From: Candidatus Enterousia sp.
GTDB lineage: Bacteria > Pseudomonadota > Alphaproteobacteria > Rs-D84
Length of the DNA stretch: 64,000 nucleotides
Reading direction: 5' to 3'
Assembly: GCA_045645065.1 (NCBI GenBank)
Contig: JAZRIB010000010.1
Location: 12,196-76,195 of the forward strand
Below are positions 26,751-36,112 of the stretch, one piece after another. The notes below the pieces were generated by a model that worked only from the letters and a program-made list of their open reading frames with translations, had not been told where the DNA came from and made no database searches. The position numbers and the translations under genes are program-made. Numbering within the stretch: the first letter of the stretch is position 1; each line of letters starts with the position of its first letter.

Positions 26751-27824
26751 ATGAGTATTTTTGTAACAAAATCATTTATGCCACCGTTGGAAGAATATCA
26801 AAATTTAGTAGAACAGATTTATAAAACATCTGTTTTAACGAATCAGGGACCAATGGTGTGCGAACTGGAATCAAAACTGTCCCGGTTTTTAGGCGTGGAA
26901 AATTTACACTATTTGACCAATGGCACGGTTGCGTTACAGTTGGCGTTATCCGCAATGGATATCAATGATGGCGAAGTTATTACAACGCCTTTTTCATATG
27001 TCGCAACCACGTCCAGTATTCTGTGGCAGCGTTGCAAACCCGTGTTTGTGGATATTGAACCAAACAACTTTACAATTGATACAACCAAGATAGAGGCCGC
27101 AATTACCCCTAAAACACGTGCGATTATGGCGGTTCATGTTTTTGGCTATGCGTGCGATGTTGATAAAATTGAACAGGTTGCTCGTAAATATAATCTGCGT
27201 GTTATTTATGATGGCGCGCATGCGTTTGGCACCAAGTATAAGGGGCCCAGTTTGTTATCATACGGGGATGTATCGACGTGTTCATTCCATGCGACTAAAT
27301 TGTTTCATACGATTGAGGGTGGTGCCTGCATAGTGCGTGATAAATCCGTGTCGGATAAATTGGAATTACAGAAACGTTTCGGACATACCAAAGATGACCA
27401 CTTTATGTTGGGTATCAACGCGAAACAATCTGAATTTCATGCGGCAATGGGATTGGCGAACTTGCCATATATTGATGATATTATTGCGTCGCGTCGTCGT
27501 ATATGTGAATTGTATGATTCTGAATTGGCGGGATGCGTTGGTCGTCCAAAGGCGCAAGAAAACCTAGAATATAATTATGCGTATTATCCGGTTGTTTTCG
27601 CAGATGAACAACAATTGTTGCGTGTTTTTGATGCATTGGCAAAACACGACATTTATCCGCGTCGATATTTTTATCCGTCATTGAATAAACTACCGTATGT
27701 AGATGGTACACCGTGCCACATATCTGAAGATATTGCATCGCGTATTGCGTGCCTGCCACTGTATCCAGGTTTGGCGGAATCCGATGTACACAACATATGC
27801 CAGATAATAAAGGACACATTATGA
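26751..27824 (+). CDS. DegT/DnrJ/EryC1/StrS family PLP-dependent sugar aminotransferase
   Basis: The family pattern is present throughout (LTNQGPMVCELE..., AIMAVHVFG, YDGAHAFG) with the PLP lysine context SFHATKLF. Confidence 0.9.
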   Translation: MSIFVTKSFMPPLEEYQNLVEQIYKTSVLTNQGPMVCELESKLSRFLGVENLHYLTNGTVALQLALSAMDINDGEVITTPFSYVATTSSILWQRCKPVFVDIEPNNFTIDTTKIEAAITPKTRAIMAVHVFGYACDVDKIEQVARKYNLRVIYDGAHAFGTKYKGPSLLSYGDVSTCSFHATKLFHTIEGGACIVRDKSVSDKLELQKRFGHTKDDHFMLGINAKQSEFHAAMGLANLPYIDDIIASRRRICELYDSELAGCVGRPKAQENLEYNYAYYPVVFADEQQLLRVFDALAKHDIYPRRYFYPSLNKLPYVDGTPCHISEDIASRIACLPLYPGLAESDVHNICQIIKDTL

Positions 27825-28585
27825 CGAAACGCCAAAGATACGATTTGATATTTTCGATTGGTGGTGCATGTTCGTGTACATCTGGCTTGCGTGATGCCGG
27901 ATTGCAACGGGCCAGTTTTCCGATGGATTGGTTGTTTGGTTCTGATTTGTCTGGTCGTGTTGATATTATTTGTAATAAATTCGACCGCTTTATCGACATG
28001 GCGGATTTAGAATATGTTTTTTCAGAACGCAGTATTAAATGTGATGCCTATCATAACAAATTTAACGATTTAACATTTAATCATGATTTTCCGGCGGGTG
28101 TCGCGTTGGAAAAATCTTATACATTGGTTGCGGATAAATATAAACGTAGAATTTCGCGTTTGTTGGGCGCAATCGAAGCGGCACATCGTGTATGTGCGGT
28201 ATATTTATCTGTTCCTGGCTCTGATTTAAATGTTTCGGATTCAGAATTGACCCAATGCTTGACCAGATTGCGCATTGCTTTTCCAAATTGTGAATTTGAT
28301 TTGTTATATGTTCATTGTGACCCAGATATGGCGCGTGGGGCGATTTATGAAAAATTGGTTTCACCTGGCGTACGTTACCTGTGTGCAAATTATGGCAATT
28401 CTGATGTGACCAAGCCATCATATGCAGTTTGCGAAAAAACGGTTCGTAAAATCTTTGCCCAGCATTTAAAATTAAATTTGCCATTACATACGATAATAAA
28501 ATTGTATGCGCTAAAACTTGTTGTGAAGTTTGCACCATCACACAAGCTACGTGTTCGTCTGCGGGAAAAATGGCATTTGAAATAG
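27821..28585 (+). CDS. DUF1796 family protein (putative papain-like fold, glycan-cluster associated)
   Basis: The start is set at ATG 27821, in an ATGA overlap with the aminotransferase stop. The N-terminal YDLIFSIGGACSCTSGLRDAGLQRASFPMDWLF matches my recollection of the DUF1796 signature (D.I.SLG..C......LR..GL...S.PFDW). Confidence 0.6.
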   Translation: MTKRQRYDLIFSIGGACSCTSGLRDAGLQRASFPMDWLFGSDLSGRVDIICNKFDRFIDMADLEYVFSERSIKCDAYHNKFNDLTFNHDFPAGVALEKSYTLVADKYKRRISRLLGAIEAAHRVCAVYLSVPGSDLNVSDSELTQCLTRLRIAFPNCEFDLLYVHCDPDMARGAIYEKLVSPGVRYLCANYGNSDVTKPSYAVCEKTVRKIFAQHLKLNLPLHTIIKLYALKLVVKFAPSHKLRVRLREKWHLK

Positions 28586-28594
28586 GGGACGGTC

Positions 28595-30016
28595 ATGGGG
28601 TTGTTAAAAAAGATAAAAAAACGTATATATCACGCATATCTGCAAAAGTTAATTTATCGTGATAATCGAATTGAAATTCCAAAAACACAACGTATTAAAC
28701 TGGATATTGTTGGCAAGCATAATACAGTTATTTTAAAAAATCAGAATATACGAAAATCTGGACGCATCAATATAAAAATTTATGGCGATAATAATACGGT
28801 TGTCATTGGCCAGAATGTATCCCTGTCGGGTACTGTAAATATATTTATCGGTCAACAGCATCATAATTATGCGCCGACATATAACGTTAATTTTAGCATA
28901 GGCGCAAATACCAGTATTGAGGGGATGACATATTGCACATTTAATAGCGGTACGGTGGCGTCTATTGGTGAAAACTGTATGTTGGCATACGGAATAACAT
29001 TGTTTGATACAGATGCGCACCCTGTTTTTGATTTAGATACCCATCAAATTATTAATTATGTGCGTGGAATACATATTGGTAATCATGTATGGATTGGTGC
29101 AAATGTTACGATATTAAAAAATACACAAATTGCAGATGATATTATTGTCGGTTGGGGCAGCGTGGTCAGTGGTAAACACTTGGAAAGTCATTGTGCTATT
29201 GCTGGCAATCCTGCACGCAAGGTAAAGGAAGGTATAACATGGGATTCGTATGCATATGAATATTGCCAGAATAATAATATGCCCACACCACATGTTGCGA
29301 CACCAGAAGAAACAGTAAAGAAGATATTACAACAACATGTGTCTTTGTGTCGTTTTGGTGATGGTGAATTTGATTTAATGACTAAAAGCAGAAGTTTGCC
29401 ATTCCAAAAATATGATGCTAGACTGCAAAAAAAATTATACGAAACATGGAATTCAGATGATGAAAATATTTTAATTGCAACAAGTGCATTTTACTTTGAT
29501 TCTTGGTATATTGCACACAGCGATTGGTCCAAGATGTACATGCAACAAAATCGCCACATGTTCCAAAAATTACACGATGTAAACAAGCAATATTATGCTA
29601 CGGAATTATCTTGTTTATACAAGATGGGTATAAATATGGATTTTAACAAGTATTATGCATTGGTTCGTAAAATTTGGAATAACCAAGACATTGTGTTGGT
29701 TCATGGGGCGCACATATTTGATAAATTTAAACATGATATTTTTGATAATGCGAAATCTGTTGAACATATCATTGTGCCAAATTTACATGCATTTTCTGAA
29801 TATGACGATATTTTATCACGCTTAAAAACATTTGATAAAACCAAGTTGTTTATTTTAATTTGTGGCCCAACTGCAACTGTAATGGCGTATGATTTGGCTC
29901 AGTCTGGTTTTTGGGCGTTGGATTTCGGGCATGTTGCCAAAGATTATGATTGGTTTATGCAAAAACGTGCGACCAACACAACAGAGGCAATTCTTGATTT
30001 CTTTTCACCGGACTAA
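28595..30016 (+). CDS. Fusion protein: left-handed beta-helix (hexapeptide) acyltransferase + GT-D/DUF1792-type glycosyltransferase
   Basis: The N-terminal half has hexapeptide repeats (IGNHVWIGANVTILKNTQIADDIIVGWGSVVSG...IAGNPARKV). The C-terminal half begins SLCRFGDGEFDLM, the signature I associate with DUF1792 (GT-D fold). Confidence 0.7.
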   Translation: MGLLKKIKKRIYHAYLQKLIYRDNRIEIPKTQRIKLDIVGKHNTVILKNQNIRKSGRINIKIYGDNNTVVIGQNVSLSGTVNIFIGQQHHNYAPTYNVNFSIGANTSIEGMTYCTFNSGTVASIGENCMLAYGITLFDTDAHPVFDLDTHQIINYVRGIHIGNHVWIGANVTILKNTQIADDIIVGWGSVVSGKHLESHCAIAGNPARKVKEGITWDSYAYEYCQNNNMPTPHVATPEETVKKILQQHVSLCRFGDGEFDLMTKSRSLPFQKYDARLQKKLYETWNSDDENILIATSAFYFDSWYIAHSDWSKMYMQQNRHMFQKLHDVNKQYYATELSCLYKMGINMDFNKYYALVRKIWNNQDIVLVHGAHIFDKFKHDIFDNAKSVEHIIVPNLHAFSEYDDILSRLKTFDKTKLFILICGPTATVMAYDLAQSGFWALDFGHVAKDYDWFMQKRATNTTEAILDFFSPD

Positions 30017-30025
30017 GGATTTTTT

Positions 30026-31030
30026 ATGACAAAACCACGCGTATCAATTTTATGCATAACATATAATCATGCGCGATTTATTCGCGATGCACTGGATGGG
30101 TTCGTTATGCAGAAAACAAATTTCCCGTTCGAGGTTTTAATTCACGACGACGCATCGACCGATGGCACGGCGGATATTATTCGTGAATATGCCACCAAAT
30201 ACCCAGATATTATAAAACCAATTTTACAAACAGAAAATCAGTGGTCGCGTGGCGTTAGTATTTCCAAGGTATACCAATGGCCGCGTATTCGTGGCGAATA
30301 TGTTGCAATGAACGAAGGGGATGATTACTGGACCGACCCATATAAACTGCAGCGTCAGGTTGATTTTATGGATGCGCATCCGGATTATTCGATATGTTTT
30401 CATCCTGTGCGTGTTGTGTGGGATAATGGCGCACATCCCGACAGTATTTTTCCATCACCAAAGCATAGATTTAATAAAACAACATTGGAATTATCTGATT
30501 TGTTGAAACACAACTTTATTCAAACAAATTCGGTTATGTATCGTTGGCGTCGGGATTGTATAAATATTTATCCTGACAACATTTTGCCAGGTGATTGGTA
30601 CTGGCATCTTTTGCATGCCCAGGTTGGTAAAATCGGTTTTATCCCCGATGTAATGTCTGTATATCGCCGTAATGATGGCGGGATTTGGACCGGTGCATTT
30701 GAAACAGATGCTTGGTTTAAAAAATGTACATTGCCGGTTTTAAATTTCTATAACAATGCCGAAAAGCAATTTAAGTACAATTATTTTGATGCAATGGTTT
30801 ATACTATGTCGGGTGGTATATGTGCGTTTTTACGTGCGGGCGATATGGATACAATCGGCAAACTGCGTGAAATGTATCCAGATGTTTATGCAGCCGCCAC
30901 CACACGCATTACTAATCAGGATTTTATGTGCTTTAAAACCGGGTACCACAAATACAAAAGATTAAGTAATACGCTAATTTGCGTTGTTGTTGGATTATTA
31001 ATGTTGGGGGTGGTGTGTTATGGTATGTAA
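30026..31030 (+). CDS. Glycosyltransferase family 2 with C-terminal TM anchor
   Basis: VSILCITYNHARFIRDALDGFVMQKTNFPFEVLIHDDASTDGT (GT-A fold), EGDDYW block and a C-terminal hydrophobic helix. Confidence 0.85.
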   Translation: MTKPRVSILCITYNHARFIRDALDGFVMQKTNFPFEVLIHDDASTDGTADIIREYATKYPDIIKPILQTENQWSRGVSISKVYQWPRIRGEYVAMNEGDDYWTDPYKLQRQVDFMDAHPDYSICFHPVRVVWDNGAHPDSIFPSPKHRFNKTTLELSDLLKHNFIQTNSVMYRWRRDCINIYPDNILPGDWYWHLLHAQVGKIGFIPDVMSVYRRNDGGIWTGAFETDAWFKKCTLPVLNFYNNAEKQFKYNYFDAMVYTMSGGICAFLRAGDMDTIGKLREMYPDVYAAATTRITNQDFMCFKTGYHKYKRLSNTLICVVVGLLMLGVVCYGM

Positions 31031-31649
31031 AAATGTAATAATAATCGGGGCCAGTGCCCTGGCGCGTGAGGTGGCAGAATATATTCCCGATGCATTGCCA
31101 GGTGTTAATATCAAAGGTTTTTTGGATTCACGAAAAAATATTTTAGATGGTTTTAATGGCTTGCCGCCAATTATTGGTGATGTGGAAACCTATGAAATTC
31201 AACCAGATGATGTCTTTATTTGCGCATTGGGCGAACCAGAAATGCGTAAAAAATACGTTGATATGATATCGGCACGGGGTGGCGATTTTGTATCTGTTGT
31301 TCATCCGTCTGCATACATTGCCCCCAGTGCAATTATTGGCACCGGTTCAATTATTGCGCCAAATGCATCCGTGGCTTCAAACGCCACAATTGGCGAACAT
31401 GTATATCTTGGTTTAAACACCGCGGTATGTCACGATTGTCGTGTTGGCGATTTTGTGTCTGTATCACCTGGGGCGACCGTGCCAGGTTGGTGTCATATTG
31501 GTGAACGTTGTTTTCTGGGGGTAAATTGTGCTTTGGTTCCGCACACAGTTTTGGGCGATGTTTCGCCGGTATATGTTGCCGCCGGTGCGGTTGTAACAAA
31601 ATCATTTTCATCGGGGCGCATAATGGGTGTGCCGGCAAAATTGAACTAA
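31020..31649 (+). CDS. NeuD/PglD-like sugar N-/O-acetyltransferase (hexapeptide family)
   Basis: N-terminal Rossmann-like VIIIGASALAREVAEYI, then a hexapeptide-repeat C-terminal half. It overlaps the preceding GT2 gene by 11 nt. Confidence 0.8.
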   Translation: MVCKNVIIIGASALAREVAEYIPDALPGVNIKGFLDSRKNILDGFNGLPPIIGDVETYEIQPDDVFICALGEPEMRKKYVDMISARGGDFVSVVHPSAYIAPSAIIGTGSIIAPNASVASNATIGEHVYLGLNTAVCHDCRVGDFVSVSPGATVPGWCHIGERCFLGVNCALVPHTVLGDVSPVYVAAGAVVTKSFSSGRIMGVPAKLN

Positions 31650-31673
31650 TAATGCCCCATTTGGGGCATTATT
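31648..31673. terminator. Bidirectional terminator between glycan cluster and tail-fibre-like gene
   Basis: 11-bp stem AATAATGCCCC-attt-GGGGCATTATT overlapping both convergent stop codons. Confidence 0.7.
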
Positions 31674-32121
31674 ATTTGCACATTGGATAGAAAATAATAG
31701 AGCCTGTGTTGTTATACGAAGATATTCCTTGAATTGTGTCCCCCTGTTTGACGGGAAGTAATACAAATCCAGTGGTGGAAAAGGTGCTGTTCGTACTGGT
31801 GGCAACAATTTTAGATATGCCATTGATTGATATTACAAGATTTCGTTCATTAAACGCTTTTCCGGTCACTTCAAAGAATCCTGCTTGCGGCGCAACATTT
31901 GTGTCTGTAAATATTAGTTCTGTGCCTTGGGTATAATCAGGAACGGTATCAGACGGCGTGATTAAATCCATTGCACGGGCCATCGCAACACCACCCACCG
32001 TTTCGCCGTCATGTACGCGCAATGTTTGGTTCGTTGTATCTACGGTCACTTCGCCGACCGCGCCGATAAAGTTTGTGTGTTCGTCGGCACTTCCCCGACG
32101 CATCTGTATTTGTCTTGACAT
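31672..32121 (-). CDS. Orphan protein with phage tail-fibre / Mtd-type N-terminal motif
   Basis: The start is set at ATG 32121. MSRQIQMRRGSADEHTNFIGAVGEVTVDTTNQTLRVHDGETVGG matches the IQxRRGT...L..GE...DT....L.IGDG.T.GG motif at the N-terminus of many phage tail fibre / major tropism determinant proteins. The beta-rich C-terminus is unassigned. Confidence 0.55.
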   Translation of the reverse strand: MSRQIQMRRGSADEHTNFIGAVGEVTVDTTNQTLRVHDGETVGGVAMARAMDLITPSDTVPDYTQGTELIFTDTNVAPQAGFFEVTGKAFNERNLVISINGISKIVATSTNSTFSTTGFVLLPVKQGDTIQGISSYNNTGSIIFYPMCK

Positions 32122-32171
32122 ATTTAATCCATTATTGTTATGCCGAATAAAAAAGGCGTTGTTAAACAAGT

Positions 32172-32198
32172 AAAAAAAACACCCGTACAAAACGGGAT
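32172..32198 (-). terminator. Rho-independent terminator after ccrM
   Basis: On the minus strand: ATCCCGT-tttgt-ACGGGTGT followed by T8. Confidence 0.6.
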
Positions 32199-32263
32199 AT
32201 ATGATTTCTACGTGTGTGTATTATAACACAAAATCGCTTAAAAAACAAGACTTTTTGTTATGA

Positions 32264-33364
32264 TTACGCCGCCTGCTTTATATCACGCTTTATATTGCGA
32301 ATGTATTTACGCAATTCATCAATCGCAACCAGACCACCATCGCGCTTTTGGGCCGACCAATAATCCCAGCCATTAAAACTGACACTGCGTTGCAATTTTG
32401 CCGCCATAACATGAATAGACGCTTTGCCTAATAATGGATGTGTTAATTGACCATCACGGGTAATCATTACACGTTCGCCACGCGGACTGACCAGTGTTTG
32501 CCCGACATACAACAGACCGGCTTCGATTAATTCCTTGAACGCGATACGAATTTCTGCGCGTTTTGGTGTTGTAACCTCTATTTCACTTAAATCCATTGGT
32601 TGAACATTTGCAATACGACTACGCGCCGCCGCGACATATGTCGGTTCGCGTTCAATTCCAATAAACTGACGCCCCAGTTCACGAGCCGCCGCCCCAGTTG
32701 TACCCGACCCCATAAACGGATCCAGAATAATATCGCCTGGCTTGGTCGATGCTAAAATCACACGACGCAATAAATCCAATGGTTTTTGTGTGTTATGCAG
32801 ACTTTTGCCGTCAACACCTTTTAATCGTTCTTCGCCAAGACAAATATTCATATCCCAATCTGAACGCATCTGTTTGCCGCCGTTCAGGCGTTTCATCGTT
32901 TCATAATTAAATGTATATTTGCCGGTCTTGGTCGGTGTTGCCCATATTAATGTTTCATGCGCATTTGTAAAGCGTGTACCACGGAAATTCGGCATCGGAT
33001 TGGTTTTTACCCATACAATATCATTTAATACCCAAAATCCCATATCTTGCAAAATTGTACCAACACGGAAAATGTTATGATAACTGCCGATTGTCCACAT
33101 GGCACCAGTGGGCTTTAGGATACGCTTACATTCCGCCATCCAGGCACGTGTAAATTCATCATATGCTTCGTTCGATTCAAAAGAATCCCATTCGTCACGA
33201 ACAGCACGAGCCGCCGTTTGATCTTCGGGACGATAAAGCGTTTTTGCACCCAATTGCAGATTATATGGCGGATCGGCAAAAACCGCATCAACAGATGCAT
33301 CGGGAATGCCACGCATAACTTCGATACAGTCGCCACATAAAATCTGGTTCAGGTATTTTTGCAT
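32264..33364 (-). CDS. ccrM: Cell-cycle-type N6-adenine DNA methyltransferase (CcrM family, GANTC-specific by homology)
   Basis: 366 aa. Beta-class order with DPPYN near the N-terminus (VFADPPYNL), the AdoMet motif ILDPFMGSGTTG later, and a C-terminal ~80-aa extension as in CcrM. Confidence 0.9.
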   Translation of the reverse strand: MQKYLNQILCGDCIEVMRGIPDASVDAVFADPPYNLQLGAKTLYRPEDQTAARAVRDEWDSFESNEAYDEFTRAWMAECKRILKPTGAMWTIGSYHNIFRVGTILQDMGFWVLNDIVWVKTNPMPNFRGTRFTNAHETLIWATPTKTGKYTFNYETMKRLNGGKQMRSDWDMNICLGEERLKGVDGKSLHNTQKPLDLLRRVILASTKPGDIILDPFMGSGTTGAAARELGRQFIGIEREPTYVAAARSRIANVQPMDLSEIEVTTPKRAEIRIAFKELIEAGLLYVGQTLVSPRGERVMITRDGQLTHPLLGKASIHVMAAKLQRSVSFNGWDYWSAQKRDGGLVAIDELRKYIRNIKRDIKQAA

Positions 33365-33551
33365 CTCTCTCTACTTTTTACCAATACTGCATATGCTATA
33401 TTACCATATTTTGGGTATAAAAAATTCTGGTGGTATGAGTAAAAAGGGAAATAAAGTGCTTGATTTTTATAAAAACAGCAATTTTATAGGCAATCAAGTT
33501 TTGTAATTAATACTTGCAAGGGGGCGATTTCGTTGCTACCGTATATGTGTT

Positions 33552-34052
33552 ATGAGATGTCCATACTGTAGTTCCACAGACAGTCGTGTCACAGATTCAC
33601 GACCAGATATAGAAGATGCGATTATTCGTCGTCGTCGTGTCTGTAATCAATGTGGCGCAAAATTCACAACTGTTGAACGCATACAAATGCGTGATTTAGT
33701 CGTACGTAAAAACAGCGGAAAACTGGAACCGTTTGACCGCGAAAAATTACGTCGCAGTATTTTGTTGGCATGTCGTAATCGCGATGTAGATGACCATCAA
33801 ATCGAACGTTTGGTAACATCTATTCATCGCCGTCTGGAAACAGAAGCCCCAGACGACACAGTTACATCAGCAACCGTGGGACAAATGGTTTCTGATTCAT
33901 TATTAAACCTGGATCCGATTGCTTTTATTCGTTTTTCATCTGTTTATCGCAAGTTTTCACGCGTATCGGATTTCAAAAAAATCATCGACCAAATACCAGA
34001 AGCGGACGAAGGCGCGGCGGTGTGTGAACTGCCACGGACGACACTGTTTTGA
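33552..34052 (+). CDS. nrdR: Transcriptional repressor NrdR
   Basis: MRCPYCSSTDSRVTDSR...RRRRVCNQCGAKFTT (zinc ribbon) followed by an ATP-cone. Confidence 0.95.
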   Translation: MRCPYCSSTDSRVTDSRPDIEDAIIRRRRVCNQCGAKFTTVERIQMRDLVVRKNSGKLEPFDREKLRRSILLACRNRDVDDHQIERLVTSIHRRLETEAPDDTVTSATVGQMVSDSLLNLDPIAFIRFSSVYRKFSRVSDFKKIIDQIPEADEGAAVCELPRTTLF

Positions 34053-34063
34053 TATAAAAAAAA

Positions 34064-35791
34064 ATGATGAAAAAAATATTTATATTTTTTGCTGTGCTGT
34101 TTATGCCTTTGATTGCAACGGCAAATCCAATACTGGACGTGTTGTCTGATTCAGACGCCAGTTTATATAAACAGATTTTTACATTACAAGATAATGAAAA
34201 AATAAATGCAGCAACAAAACTGCAATCGCAATTGCAAGATGATTTGTTGTTAAACGAAGTGTTATATCAACGATATTTTTCAGACTCTTATACGACACGC
34301 GGCAAAGAAATCACCGCTTGGATGAATAAATACAACGATATGCCCGGCGCAGTTCGTATGCAAAAATTAGCAAACACAAAAAAAGCGTCTGTAAAAAAAC
34401 CAAATTTGCCAAATTCTATCAGTGGGGGCGTTTCAATCGAAACACCACAGTCTGAAAATTGGACCGCAAAAAAATATTCAGGCAATGCCGCAACGAACAT
34501 TGATAAATTTAAGCGCGCAATTCGCAGCGGTTCAACCAAAACAGCACGAACAATACTGGAAACAAAAACATTCAAAAACAAATTAACAGAATCAGACTAT
34601 GGACGATTAGCAGGACGATTGGCATATATTTATTACACAAACGGCGAAATCGAATTAGCAAAAAAATGGGGCTTTATTGCGTCAGATGCAGATTCTGAAT
34701 ACGGTTTGTGGACAATGGGGTTGATTTATTTTAAGCAAGAAAACTTCAAAGAATCACAAAAATATTTTTCAAAAATATTAGCATTGAAACATATTAACAA
34801 CGCACGAAAAATCGAAGCCGCATTCTGGGCTGGACGCGCAGCAGACTTGAACGGTGCACACGACATGGCGCGTCAATACTGGACCGTTGCCGCTGCATAT
34901 CCAATGGCTTTTTATGGGGCATTGTCTGCAACAATGTTGGGTGATGTACCACAATATGAATTTTTCGAACAAACATGCACAGACGAAGATATTGATGAAT
35001 TACGCAAAACCAAATACGGTAAACGTGCACTGGCATTACTACAAGTCGGACGTAAAGACCGGGCGGAAGAATACTTGAAACTATTAATCACATCACGGGC
35101 CAGTGACCGACAATTACACGCCGTTAATTCAGTGGCAACTGCTTATGGCCTGCCCCGTGTTTCTGTGCAGGCGTCCAGTGTTATCAAAGACAGAGGCATA
35201 CTGGAAATTGACGATGATATTATTTATTCTGCGCAATATCCGTTGCCTGACTGGGAACCAATGGGCGGTTGGTCGATTGACCGCGCGTTATTATTAGCAA
35301 TCACAAAACAAGAAAGCGGTTTCCGCACCACAGCAAAATCTGGAGCTGGCGCAAACGGCGTTATGCAAATTATGCCCAGCACCGCTAAACGCGTGGCAAA
35401 GCAGAACAACCTGGATATATCTGAAATGGATATGTCAAATCCGGAACATAATATGTACCTGGGACAGCAGTATATTGTTGATTTATTGTCACATCCGAAT
35501 ATTGAAAATAACATCATCAAAATGCTGGCGGCATATAATGCAGGCATGGGCACAATGAATAAATTTGAAAAAACATTCTATACATACGACCCATTGTTGT
35601 ATATAGAAAGTTTTCCTGCGTACGAAACACGCAGTTATATTAAACGCGTAATGTCTAATTTGTGGCTGTATCGCGCACGCTTAAACCAGCCGTTGACATC
35701 ATTGGCAGAAATGGCGAATGGAAATTGGCCGTTATACAACAGCGAAGACGAATATGTTCAACAACAAATCGCAGATCGTATGATGATATAA
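34064..35791 (+). CDS. slt: Soluble lytic murein transglycosylase (Slt70-like)
   Basis: Signal peptide, a long helical superhelix-like N-terminal region, and a C-terminal catalytic block LLLAITKQESGF...GANGVMQIMPSTA...AAYNAG. Confidence 0.85.
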   Translation: MMKKIFIFFAVLFMPLIATANPILDVLSDSDASLYKQIFTLQDNEKINAATKLQSQLQDDLLLNEVLYQRYFSDSYTTRGKEITAWMNKYNDMPGAVRMQKLANTKKASVKKPNLPNSISGGVSIETPQSENWTAKKYSGNAATNIDKFKRAIRSGSTKTARTILETKTFKNKLTESDYGRLAGRLAYIYYTNGEIELAKKWGFIASDADSEYGLWTMGLIYFKQENFKESQKYFSKILALKHINNARKIEAAFWAGRAADLNGAHDMARQYWTVAAAYPMAFYGALSATMLGDVPQYEFFEQTCTDEDIDELRKTKYGKRALALLQVGRKDRAEEYLKLLITSRASDRQLHAVNSVATAYGLPRVSVQASSVIKDRGILEIDDDIIYSAQYPLPDWEPMGGWSIDRALLLAITKQESGFRTTAKSGAGANGVMQIMPSTAKRVAKQNNLDISEMDMSNPEHNMYLGQQYIVDLLSHPNIENNIIKMLAAYNAGMGTMNKFEKTFYTYDPLLYIESFPAYETRSYIKRVMSNLWLYRARLNQPLTSLAEMANGNWPLYNSEDEYVQQQIADRMMI

Positions 35792-35797
35792 ATCAGA

Positions 35798-36112
35798 TTA
35801 TTTACCAAATATAAATGAATTATCGCGACTGATTTCAATAATTACATCAATGTTATCTTTGTCAGATGTGCGTTGACGCTTAATTTTACCGCACTGTTCG
35901 CATTTATGCGTGATGATAAAACGCGCACCATCCGGTGCCGCAGAAATTGGACGCATCATACCACCGCACGTTGCCGCACGATCACCCGGCATTTCATCAA
36001 CATGACGCGACCATAAACAATTTGGACAATGGTTTGTGTACCCATTGCCACGAACAACTGCGCCACAGTGGGCGCAGTTAAAATCTTCGGTTGTTTTGGT
36101 GAACGATTTCAT
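35798..36112 (-). CDS. RNHCP domain zinc-ribbon protein
   Basis: FNCAHCGAVVRGNGYTNHCPNCLWSRHVD...CGGMM...HKCEQCG: the (R)NHCP..CL.S.HVD signature with four Cys pairs. Its ATG overlaps the gapR stop by 1 nt (TAATG). Confidence 0.7.
   Translation of the reverse strand: MKSFTKTTEDFNCAHCGAVVRGNGYTNHCPNCLWSRHVDEMPGDRAATCGGMMRPISAAPDGARFIITHKCEQCGKIKRQRTSDKDNIDVIIEISRDNSFIFGK

Noticed and set aside
31672-33364. Prophage, gene-transfer agent or diversity-generating retroelement around the tail-fibre-like gene and the methyltransferase.
   Set aside because: There is no integrase, reverse transcriptase, template/variable repeat pair or structural phage gene in the vicinity. The methyltransferase has the full CcrM architecture and sits next to nrdR as a normal chromosomal gene.
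33365-33420. CtrA binding site upstream of ccrM (two TTACC(A) units at 33378 and 33401).
   Set aside because: There is no full TTAA-N7-TTAA motif. The half-site similarity to TTAACCAT requires a deletion, and the 23-nt spacing does not match. This is too weak to report as a site.
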